Origin: Macrostomum lignano
Taxonomy: Eukaryota
Length of the DNA stretch: 64,000 nt
Assembly (NCBI GenBank): GCA_002269645.1
Contig: NIVC01000894.1
Coordinates: forward strand, 62,001-126,000
Reading direction: 5' to 3'
Shown here: positions 28,301 through 38,555 of the stretch, piece after piece
How positions within the stretch are numbered: position 1 is the first letter of the stretch
Layout: every line of letters starts with the position of its first letter
Translations under genes and position numbers: made by a program
Notes under the pieces: model-generated
Database searches by the model: none
What the model was told of the DNA's origin: nothing
Seen by the model: only the letters and a program-made list of their open reading frames with translations

Positions 28301-31300
28301 AGACGCGCTGCAAAGAGACGCGCTGCAATCCGAAGACGCAGACTCGCAATCCGAAGACGCAGACGCGCTTCCAAGAGACGCGCAGCAAAGAGACGCGCTG
28401 CAAAGAGACGCGCTGCAATCCAAAGACGCAGACTCGCAATCCGACGACGCAAACTGGCAATCCGAAGACGTAGGCGCGCTGCAAAGAGACGCGCTGCAAA
28501 GAGACGCGCTGCCAAGAGACGCGCGGCAATCCGTAGACGCAAACTAGCAATCCGAAGACGCAGACGCGCTGCTAAGAGACGCGCTGCAAAGAGACGCGCT
28601 GCAATCCGAAGACGCAGACTCGCAATCCGACGACGCAAACTTGCAATCCGAAGACGTAGGCGCGCTGCAAAGAGACGCGCTGCAAAGAGACGCGCTGCCA
28701 AGAGACGCGCAGCAATCCGTAGACGCAAACTGGCAATCCGAAAACGCAGACGCGCTGCAAAGAGACGCGCTGCCAAGAGACGCGCTGCCAAGAGACGCGC
28801 TGCAATCAGAAGACGCAGACTCGCAATCCGAAGACGCAGACTGGCAATTCGAAAACGCAGACTGGCAATCCGAAGACGCAGACTGGCTATTCGAAAACGC
28901 AGACTCGCAATCCGACGACGCAAACTGGCAATCCGAAGACGCAGACGCGCTGCCAAGAGACGCGCTGCCAAGAGACGCGCTGCAAAGAGACGTGCTGCAA
29001 TCCGAAGACGCAGACTCGCAATCCGACGACGCAAACTGGCAATCCGAAGACGTAGGCGCGCTGCAAAGAGACGCGCAGCAAAGAGACGCGCGGCAAAGAG
29101 ACGCGCTGCCAAGAGACGCGCTGCAAAGAGACGCGCTGCCAAGAGACGCGCGGCAATCCGTAGACGCAGACTCCAAATCCGAAGACGAAGACGCGCTGCA
29201 AAGAGACGCGCTGCCAAGAGACGCGCTGCAAAGAGACGCGTTGCAAAGAGACGCGCTGCCAAGAGACGCGCGGCAATCCGTAGACGCAAACTAGCAATCC
29301 GAAGACGCAGACGCGCTGCCAAGAGACGCGCTGCAAAGAGACGCGCTGCAATCCGAAGACGCAGACTCGCAATCCGACGACGCAAACTGGCAATCCGAAG
29401 ACGTAGGCGCGCTGCAAAGAGACGCGCTGCAAAGAGACGCGCTGCCAAGAGACGCGCAGCAATCCGTAGACGCAAACTGGCAATCCAAAAACGCAGACGC
29501 GCTGCAAAGAGACGCGCTGCAAAGAGACGCGCTGCAATCCGAAGACGAAGACTCGCAATCCGAAGACGCAGACGCGCTGCCAAGAGACGCGCAGCAAAGA
29601 GACGCGCGGCTAAGAGACGCGCTGCAATCCGAAGACGCAGACTCGCAATCCGACGACGCAAACTGGCAATCCGAAGACGCAGACGCGCTGCCAAGAGACG
29701 CGCAGCAAAGAGACGCGCTGCAAAGAGACGTGCTGCAATCCGAAGACGCAGACTCGCAATCCGAAGACGCAGACGCGCTTCCAAGAGACGCGCAGCAAAG
29801 AGACGCGCGGCAAAGAGACGCGCGGCAAAGAGACGCGCGGCAAAGAGACGCGCTGCAAAGAGACGCGCTGCAATCCGAAGACGCAGACTCGCAATCCGAA
29901 GACGCAGACGCGCTTCCAAGAGACGCGCAGCAAAGAGACGCGCGGCTAAGAGACGCGCTGCAATCCGAAGACGCAAATTGGCAATCCGAAGACGTAGGCG
30001 CGCAGCCAAGAGACGCGCTGCCAAGAGACGCGCTGCCAAGAGACGCGCTGCCAAGAGACGAGCTGCAAAGAGACGCGCTGCCAAGAGACGCACGGTAATC
30101 CGTAGACGCAGACTCGAAATCCGACGACGCAAACTGGCAATCCAAAGACGTAGGCGCGCTGCAAAGAGACGCGCAGCAAAGAGACGCGCTGCAAAGAGAC
30201 GTGCTGCAATCCGAAGACGCAGACTCGCAATCCGACGACGCAAACTGGCAATCCGAAGACGTAGGCGCGCTGCAAAGAGACGCGCAGCAAAGAGACGCGC
30301 AGCAAAGAGACGCGCTGCAAAGAGACGCGCTGCCAAGAGACGCGCTGCAAAGAGACGCGCTGCCAAGAGACGCGCTGCAATCCGAAGACGCAGACTCGCA
30401 ATCCGAAGACGCAGACTGGCAATTCGAAAACGCAGACTGGCAATCCGAAGACGCAGACTGGCTATTCGAAAACGCAGACTCGCAATCCGACGACGCAAAC
30501 TGGCAATCCGAAGACGCAGACGCGCTGCCAAGAGACGCGCTGCCAAGAGACGCGCTGCAAAGAGACGCGCTGCAATCCGAAGACGCAGACTCGCAATCCG
30601 ACGACGCAAACTGGCAATTCGAAGACGTAGGCGCTCTGCAAAGAGACGCGCAGCAAAGAGACGCGCAGCAAAGAGACGCGCGGCAATCCGTAGACGCAGA
30701 CTCCAAATCCGAAGACGCAGACTGGCAATTCGAAAACGCAGACTGGCAATCCGAAGACGCAGACTGGCAATCCGAAGACGCAGAATGGCTATTCGAAAAC
30801 GCAGACTCGCAATCCGACGACGCAAACTGGCAATCCGAAGACGTAGGCGCGCTGCAAAGAGACGCGCAGCAAAAAGACGCGCGGCAAAGACACGCGCTGC
30901 CAAGAGACACGCTGCAAAGAGACGCGCTGCCAAGAGACGCGCGGCAATCCGAAGACGAAGACGCGCTGCCAAGAGACGCGCTGCCAAGAGACGCGCAGCA
31001 AAGAGACGTGCTGCAAAGAGACGTGCTGCAATCCGAAGACGCAGACTCGCAATCCGACGACGCAAACTGGCAATCCGAAGACGTAGGCGCGCTGCAAAGA
31101 GACGCGCTGCCAAAAGACGCGCAGCAAAGAGACGCGCTGCAAAGAGACGCGCTGCTAAGAGACGCGCTGCCAAAAGACGCGCGGCAATCCGTAGACGCAA
31201 ACTAGCAATCCGAAGACGCAAACTGGCAATCCGTAGACGCAAACTGGCAATCCGAAGACGCAAACTGGCAATCCGAAGAATTAGGCGCGCTGCCAAGAGA

Positions 31301-32751
31301 CGCGCTGCAAAGAGACGCGCAGCAAAGAGACGCGCGGCAATCCGAAGACGAAGACGCGCTGCAAAGAGACGCGCTGCCAAGAGACGCGCAGCAAAGAGAC
31401 GCGCTGCCAAGAGACGCGCAGCAAAGAGACGCGCTGCAATCCGAAGACGCAGACTCGCAATCCGACGACGCAAACTGGCAATTCGAAGACGTAGGCGCGC
31501 TGCAAAGAGACGCGCAGCAAAGAGACGCGCGGCAAAGAGACGCGCTGCCAAGAGACGCGCTGCAAAGAGACGCGCTGCAAAGAGACGCGCTGCAATCCGA
31601 AGACGCAGACTAGCAATCCGAAGACGCAAACGCGCTGCCAAGAGACGCGCTGCCAAGAGACGCGCAGCAAAGAGACGCGCGGCAAAGAGACGCGCTGCAA
31701 AGAGACGCGCTGCCAAGAGACGCGCTGCCAAAAGAGGTGCTGCAATCCGAAGACGCAGACTTGCAATCCGACGACGCAAACTGGCAATCCGAAGACGTAG
31801 GCGCGCTTCAAAGAGACGTCTTTTTGCGTCTTCGAATGAGCTGCTGAAGTTTTTCGGAGACTCATTAGGCATTTCTGAAAGCGAGGAGTGCTTCACTATT
31901 TTGTCTGAGAAAGACATAGCTCTGTGGCGCAATGCAAAGCGTCTTCTTCGAAAGTCGTTGGAACGTGTCGGTTCTAGAGATTTTTCGGAGACGGAAAAGA
32001 AAGATTTTGTTTCATCTGTGAATGCTAAGCTAAAAATCGCAAAGAAGAACTTTAAAGCGGCTCTTCGTGGTGTTAGAGTTTGTTTGCCAAGTAAGCACTA
32101 TTGTCTTCTTGCATATTTTATTCCTTGTTCCCCATATTTTCTCCCTGATCTAACTATTGTTTTAATTTACGCACTTGTCTTTTTCACTTTTTAGAGCAGT
32201 CTAGTAAGCTGGCCTGTTTGCAAGACATTTTGAAAGAAGTTTCTAAGCCTGTCAGTAGGGTCAGACGTAATGTACGAAGAGCCAGTCGTGCGGCTAGTCG
32301 ATCAATACTAAGACGACTCAAACGCCGAGCAGCTCGACGGGCTCGGCGAGCATCAAGAAAGTCAGTGAGAAGACGCGTTCGAGTCTCCAGACTAAGTTCT
32401 AGACGCATTAAAAAGAAACTAAGGCAAGGCATGAAAGTTCTCCGACGAACCATCCGAATTCAGCTGCGAAGAGAGAAACGGAAGATGCTGAGGCGCGGCA
32501 GGAGGATTGTAAAACGCCAGGTGCTTCGAAGTTGGTCCAGCCGACGCCGTTTTAAGAAAATCATTTTTCGCAAGGTAAAAAACATCAGCCGATCAATTCG
32601 ACACCGCGGCCGTCGAACCGTTCAGCGCTGGGTGAAGCGTCGCTTGGCTCAAGTTGCTCCCCGTCGCAATAGCAGAAGCAAAAGCAAAAGCAAAAGTAAA
32701 CGCAAAAGAACAAGAAGAAGAAAAATAAGCAAAAGAATGATTTTGCAATAA
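19383..32751 (+). CDS. Giant secreted lectin-polycation protein, ~3,906 aa; exons 19383-19458, 19713-20114, 20255-20392, 20827-21267, 21848-21985, 22122-32090, 32195-32751
   Basis: All six introns are phase 1 GT-AG; exon sum 11,721 nt = 3,907 codons including the stop. Signal peptide MGLFNRASGGLLWLAVIALCSEAALG, one F-type lectin domain, two SUEL domains, ~8.8 kb of Arg/Lys/Ala repeats and a basic tail. The exon-4 acceptor could alternatively be at 20776. Confidence 0.9.
19490..19660. repeat. ~40-bp intronic repeat (TCTAGAGTGATCTGCTTTGGCTGAGTGCATTAGTTTAGGT)
   Basis: About 3-4 copies in intron 1 of the giant gene. Confidence 0.8.
19713..20114 (+). other. F-type lectin (fucolectin/FTP) domain encoded by a single exon
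   Basis: CTQSSVAFNGQCGRALDGN..CTHT..PWWQATL..IRIFNRGDCCAERLNSF..LTLCEVQI; matches the H-X26-R-X-D-X4-R fucose-binding motif exactly (26 residues counted). Confidence 0.92.
20500..20740. repeat. 24-bp intronic minisatellite (ATGACCAGTGTGAGCTGTGGTTCT)
   Basis: About 10 units, decaying rightwards. Confidence 0.88.
20827..21110 (+). other. SUEL / rhamnose-binding lectin domain 1
   Basis: TCEH..FACP..AMYGR..C..C..C..C..NSIFGDPCPGTFKYLQISYRC; hallmark YGR, DPC and KYL motifs with 8 Cys. Confidence 0.93.
21382..21641 (+). mobile_element. tRNA-derived CORE-like SINE (copy 2) in intron 4 of the giant gene
   Basis: GGGGTTGTAGCC[15-bp insert]TAGTGGTTAGAGC (A box), GAGTTCGATCCCC (B box), CCTTGAGCAAGACAATTAACTCTGCATTGCTTCAGTTCACCCAGCTGTAAAATGGGT, and the same 3' tail as copy 1. 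Confidence 0.85.
22122..22405 (+). other. SUEL / rhamnose-binding lectin domain 2
   Basis: TCENHVQSITCPAGYVIKLLSVFYGRKDAASCP..CQARNA..ACDGKQSCKLQSSNSVFGDPCPGTYKYMLVRHSC. Only partly inside the supplied ORF, which starts at 22325. Confidence 0.93.
22985..31815 (+). repeat. Coding repeat array of 15-bp (KRRAA), 21-bp (IRRRRLA/IRRRKLA) and 24-bp (IRRRRRAA) modules
   Basis: AAGAGACGCGC(T/A/G)GC(A/C) and ATCCGAAGACGCAGACT(G/C)GCA modules are concatenated for ~8.8 kb with no stop in the coding frame. Confidence 0.97.
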
Positions 32752-34146
32752 TCTGAGCATGAAAGGTGAGAGATTCCCATTTAATAAAAAGGCCTGCGAA
32801 TATTGAAATAATATATTAAACATATCAGATAAGTTAATTTTTTACCTCCATTTTTCAGAGTTGAGATCTACTCAAGATGAGCGCTGAAGTCTATGAATTA
32901 GACATGCTCCATGAACTACCTTTGGTGACGGGTTCCAATGCTAATAAAACTGACAAGTAATCAATCAGCTAATAAATACACCCTGGTTAACGATCTACGT
33001 GAAAATATTGTTTTCACTTTATTGTTGAAAATGTTTCTGAAAATGAAAAAGCTGCGCAAAAAATTCTATCTATGTTCCGAGACTACTACTGAGCTTGTCA
33101 GCGGCGTGAGGCGGGTTAGAAAGGTTTTTAATACCCAGATATATCAGAAAAATTAGTTCAAATCGATGCTTGCCTAGAGTTTTGCAGTATTAATTACTCT
33201 TGCTAGTGTCTATGGCCAAGAGGTAGTCACCTCGGCAGTCAAAGCCCTACAGTGTTCGGGATATGCTGGCTTGATGACGGAGATGCTACATGATAAATAA
33301 TAGTTCATAAACCTTGCGAAGCCTGTGGCTATCTTATTTCCTCGTAAATTATTGAATAAAATTTGGTGCAACTTCTGCCAGCCTGGGGAACTACATCTGG
33401 TGCAGGGCTGACGAGACTTCAACGCAGAAGGGCTCCGAAGCCACGGGTTCGAGTGCCAGGCTTACTGCATCGAAAATGAGAACTACAGCCGAAGAAAAAA
33501 ATGGCAGGGTAAATATTTCTAATTTGTGTGTAAATAATTGTGTGCCAGCTCTGGTGTGCCAGTGGTCTAGGCTCGATTCCCAAGTGCGGTCACAATTATT
33601 TGGGGCTAAATTGGAATCTCGGCTTGGCTCTGCTCGTGCAATTAACGCCATTGAGGTCCAACCCCCCCCAAAGGCGCAGTGAAGTGTACATGCCTAGCGA
33701 TAATATAAAGTTAGGGCCGCTGTACACTCCTGTGTGAGTGTGTGCCTGTGCGTTTGGCTTGTGTGCCTGCGCTCAGGGGAATCGGCCGAATGGGCAGTAA
33801 TGAGACTTCTTGAATTATAGGTATATAAGTTGCAGTTTTGATAGGATAGTAATTATGTCTCTAAATCAAAATTGGTTTTTGATGGTGCTGATTTCAAATT
33901 TTGGCATTATTTTTATGCAGCTTCAACCCATCAACTGGAACATGGGGAATGGGGGGATTAGGGTGGGGAGATTCTTCATGGGGATTGATTTTGTATACCT
34001 GAACTTCAACAGAGGCGTGGAGACCTAATGAAATTAACTAAACTTTTGCTCATAAAAAAGCAGCTTAAATTTGAAATCGGCCCCATTTCAAACCCAGTTC
34101 TCATTGAAAGCACATAGGAGACTAACAAATCTGGCTGCCACCACCA

Positions 34147-35210
34147 ATGAAGGTAAGCTAAATTTTCATGTTTTTGGGTTTTTAACCATTCCGGACTACT
34201 CCTGAGAGCCTGACGAAAGTTTCAAAAAACTAAAAAACAACTAGTTACGCCCATGAAAAGCAATGACAACATGGACATGGACAAAGCATATGAATGATCA
34301 AATTCGTCATTTCAAATCGTTTCAACAATGGTCATTTCAGCCGGTGACAGACGGCCGACCGAATTCGCCCTCTCGAAGCCATTCCGACAGAGCGCCGGGT
34401 CTGCCTCTGCATTTATCGGTCAGGAGGAAGCCCGAAGACTGTCTTAAACGGGTGGCCTTCTCCAAGGCGGCCCAGTCTCGGGAACAGTCCACCAAGCTGT
34501 TGTCCAAACACCGAGACAACAGCCAAGACCGAGACAGCGACATCTCTGTGCCCGTAGTCACCGAGAACCACTTGGTTTACATAGCCAAGGTGCTGCTGCC
34601 CCATCATCCCATCAGAATCCGGCACCTGCCCTACTCAGCCCAGCGGCTCCTCATTTACGGTGTCTACGGTTTCCAAGAAATGACGCCAAAAACTGAGATG
34701 CCAACGAATGCTGCGAGTTCGGGGTCGAACGTGCCCTACTATTTGGATGCAAGTGCATTCGTCTCTGAGTAACTGGGATCTGTTTTCGCTATTGTAGAGG
34801 GCTGGAGCTTGTGCTACTGATCTCTACGAATGTCTACCAATAATACGCTCGTAACTATCGTTATTAACTCACTTTATCTGATTTTTGCTTAACTATCATA
34901 CAGGTGCTCTCTTGGCAGCATAAACTGTGCGACTTGGTGCAGGTCTCCGATTCTACCATGTACGCTCTGGTCCAGTTGAATGGGTCAATAAACCTGGTTC
35001 ACTTTGACGAGCTCATGACACAACAGCAGGTGCTCAGCCTGGGACCCATTGGCTGCGTGACCTCAATAACGGCTGACAATAGTGGCACCTACCTTTACCT
35101 GACTCAAAAGGCCAGGAACTGCGTGCTGCGAATCAGTGTAAGTCTGTCTATCTATCCATCAATCCATCTATTTATCTATCTATCTATCTATCTATCTGCA
35201 TATCTATCTG

Positions 35211-35293
<83 letters not shown>

Positions 35294-35326
35294 GTCTATC
35301 TATCTATCTATCTATCTGTCTATCTG

Positions 35327-35396
<70 letters not shown>

Positions 35397-35397
35397 C

Positions 35398-35486
<89 letters not shown>

Positions 35487-36879
35487 CTCTCAAACAGACG
35501 AGCGACTTGGACAAAAATTCAATCGATTATTTCGGCACCCTATGGAGACCATTCGACTGCTGCATGAGTCAGCCCATTGCCCTGCCAAACGGCAAACATA
35601 CTCAGTTCTTGTTCGTGTCGAACATCGATGCGGACATTGTTGTGTTCGACACGGAGACAATGTCTGTTGTGGCAGAGTGTGGTAAGCACTTTCGTAATGT
35701 TTTCTGTAAAATCTGTTTCGAAAACAAGGTTAATTTTTTCAGTAAGCTTTAAACTATCCAGTTGTCTTATAGGCGAAATATTGTTGTCATTTTAAACTCT
35801 AAACAGATTGAAGAAACAAAACTAAAAGAGATCTATCTATCAGGGATTTTAGCCCCCCGCCAAGGCCATACAGAGAGTGTTCATGCCTGACAACTAGAAA
35901 GTCAAGGCGGTTATAAATTCTAAGAATTGAGCGCAGAGCGCACAGCCCTGGAGCCCTGGGTGAGCTCAGAGCTCAGGCAGTAGTTGAGACTGTCTTGTTG
36001 TACAACGTCGAGACCTAGACCCTGACGGTTGAGGCAGCTTGGAGAGGCAGATGGTCGCTGAGCATGAAATGTGTTAGCGGTCCAGGCAGCGATACCAATA
36101 CCGCGCTCTATACCTGAGGCGGCCTTCTGACCTGCTGCGCGGGCGACGACTTCGACTGGCTGGTCACGTCATCCGGTCGAAGGCCCGCTGTCCTGAGCCG
36201 CGAGATACCCTGACCGACTTTTGACTGGATGCTGGTGCCACGGACCAAGCTGGAAGGGGGGGTGACTTTTTGAAGGCTATGGCCCAGAGACGCGCAGCTC
36301 TCTGACTTCTCCCCCACCTTTTCTGTACACTTAGTGGCTGGAAGGAGAATTATTTTGTTGTTGTTATTGTTATACATTCTTAAACATTCTGGGTATGAGT
36401 GCCTGTCTGTTTACAGTTTCCACGCGCTTTATAGTGTTCTTAGGAGTCAGAAAAATGGGCATTTGCCCCAAGAGACTTGTTTCTGGTCTTCAAGCTCCAT
36501 CCAGTGTAAAATTCTGAGCATTAACTTTCACCCACCCCAAACAGGCGCAGACTTCACCGCGGGCGCCAAGTACCTCACCTACGACCAGAAACGCGGCGTC
36601 CTTTTCGTCTCCAGCTCGTCCGATCGTCAGCTCCGCTGCTACCGGTTCGACGCCAGGTTGCCCCGGCCGAAGCTGCACAAAATCGACGACTTTATGGTGG
36701 CAACAAAGAAGTCGACGGTTCGCAGCGGCGGGCCGCAGTGCATCATGTGGGACTCCGACATGGAGCAGCTGGCGGTGCTCAGCTGGTCGCAGAGGGTCGG
36801 CAGGTTTATGATCAAAGCGTTTCGCATCAACCTGGACGAGTCTGCCGTGTGGCGTCATTCCTTTGAGATTTCGAAATGA
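34147..36879 (+). CDS. Probable beta-propeller (NHL-like) protein; exons 34147-34152, 34341-~34768, 34904-35137, 35498-35681, 36545-36879
   Basis: ATG AAG|GTAAGC joins in phase 0 to PVTDGRP. The last three exons join phase-consistently and show repeated blade-like segments ([45 protein letters not shown]). The exon 2-3 junction is unresolved. Confidence 0.6.
35145..35484. repeat. (TATC)n intronic microsatellite
   Basis: Direct reading; it inflates the ORF at 34904-35752. Confidence 0.97.
35977..36210 (+). mobile_element. Degenerate RTE-clade non-LTR retrotransposon fragment (post-RT region)
   Basis: [16 protein letters not shown] (35977-36027; cf. LLYGxETWTL) and [11 protein letters not shown] (36144-36176; cf. 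RRLRWAGHVxR). An in-frame stop and a frameshift between the motifs indicate decay. Confidence 0.75.
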
Positions 36880-37014
36880 AAGCTTGTGCTATAATGCCTA
36901 TTTATTTAGTAGAAAATATCTACAATAAATCGAATACATGCATTGTTATTTAATACGATTAACTTGCGAATAGCTTCTCTATACGGCCCTCGGGTCCGTG
37001 AAACTCAAGGTTTG

Positions 37015-37720
37015 TGTCTCTTCTCATCGCTCTTCTCTCTAATCTTCTCTCACTTTTCTTTTTCTCCTCTCTCCTTTTCTCTCCCTTTTCTCCTCTCTCC
37101 CTTTTCTCCTCTCTCCTCAGCTCTTCTCATCATTCTTCTCCTCTCTCCTCTCTCGTCTCTCGTCTCTCATCTCTTATCTCTCATCTCTCATCTCTCATCT
37201 CTCCTCTCTCATCCCCCATCTCTCATCTCTCATCTCTCATCTCTCATCTCTCCTATTTTATCTCTCCTCTCTCATCTCTCCTCTCTCATCTCTCATCTCT
37301 CCCCTCTCATCCCCCATCTCTCGTCTCTCATCTCTCCTCTCTCCTCTCATCCCCCATCTCTCATCTCTCATCTCTCATCTTTCATCTCTCTTCTCTCCTC
37401 TCTCCTCTCTCCTCTCTCATATTTTCTTTCTCACCTCTCATCCCCCATCTCTCATCTCTCTTCTCTCCTCTCTCCTCTCTCCTCTCTCATCTTTTCTTTC
37501 TCACCTCTCATCCCCCATCTCTCATCTCTCATCTCTCATCTCTCATCTCTCATCTCTCCTCTCTCCTCTCTCCTCTCTCCTTTCTCATTTCTCCTCTCTC
37601 TTAATTAATCTCTTCTCTCCTTTCATCTCCTCGTTTTCTAAATTCATTCGTCTCTCCTTTCTCCTAGTTCCTTCGTCTTTTCTCTATTCCCTCTCCTCTC
37701 TGCCCTCCTCTGGCTCGGAG
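37015..37720. repeat. CT-rich low-complexity tract (TCTCATC / CTCTC units)
   Basis: Direct reading. Confidence 0.92.
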
Positions 37721-38555
37721 TCATGCTCCAGGGTCTCTACACCTGACCCTTGAGATAAAAATATTTTGCCCGACCCCTGTTCTTGACAGCAGTGTCTGCT
37801 TCAATATTTGAATGTACATTGTTATTGTTGAGTCAAACTCTTTGTTACGGGCTGCAATTGTTAATAGATTAACTATTTGTTCAAAGAAAGAGCCGTAAAA
37901 ACAATGACAATAAGGAAGCGTCGTGACAGTTTTTAAAAGAACCACTTCAGTGTTTGAAGTCCATTGACAAAGTTAGCTCTGCAAATATTGCACTATTGCA
38001 TTAATATATTGAACACACATGTATAAGGTATCAAAATTAATCGCATGGCTGTTTGCTACTCTTTGCTAGAAATTGCTTTGCATTAAAAAAGAAAAACTGC
38101 GAAATTATTTTTTTCTCGTTTTTAAAAACTCTACTAACAGTAGATAAAAGGTTTTTTAACGAAAAAGTGACTAGAAACAAAAAACTATATGAAAAAAACG
38201 GATTTATACAAGCATAAGCCTTATTGTTGTTTGACTAGTTGCTAACTAGTTACTAACCGGCATTCCCAGGTGTTAATGTGAGGCGAGTCAGCAGTATGAG
38301 CAAGAGTAAATCAGCGTGCTCTGAGCAAAAACAAAAAACACCCCCGAAACTAAAAAACTCAAGCGGCACAAAAAGCTGAAACTGAAATTCAAAGCAGAGA
38401 AAAATATCGGGCAGCAGGAAAAACACTAGAGTGAAAAAACAAATAGCCGAATTCTTGATTCTGATTTTTTCCAAAAAAACACGCAAGCAAGCAAGCGGTT
38501 GGTGCAAGCTGAGGAATCTCTTTGGTTAATTTGTCAAATTTGTCTTTCGCGGTCC

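Noticed and set aside
22881-31205. Acidic alternative-frame ORFs (QRDALQSEDAD) as an overlapping polyanion partner
   Set aside because: This frame is repeatedly broken by stops (AAACTAG, GCAGTAA), so it is not maintained.
22369-31932. 3,187-aa antisense ORF (ARLFAARLRLRIASL) suggesting a bidirectionally coding locus
   Set aside because: It is a shadow of codon-multiple repeats whose sequence lacks TTA/CTA/TCA in that register. It has no domain or splice context, whereas the sense frame carries the lectin domains.
22325-32194. Calling the Arg-rich ORF a protamine or histone H1-like protein
   Set aside because: It is spliced to a signal peptide and three disulfide-type extracellular lectin domains.
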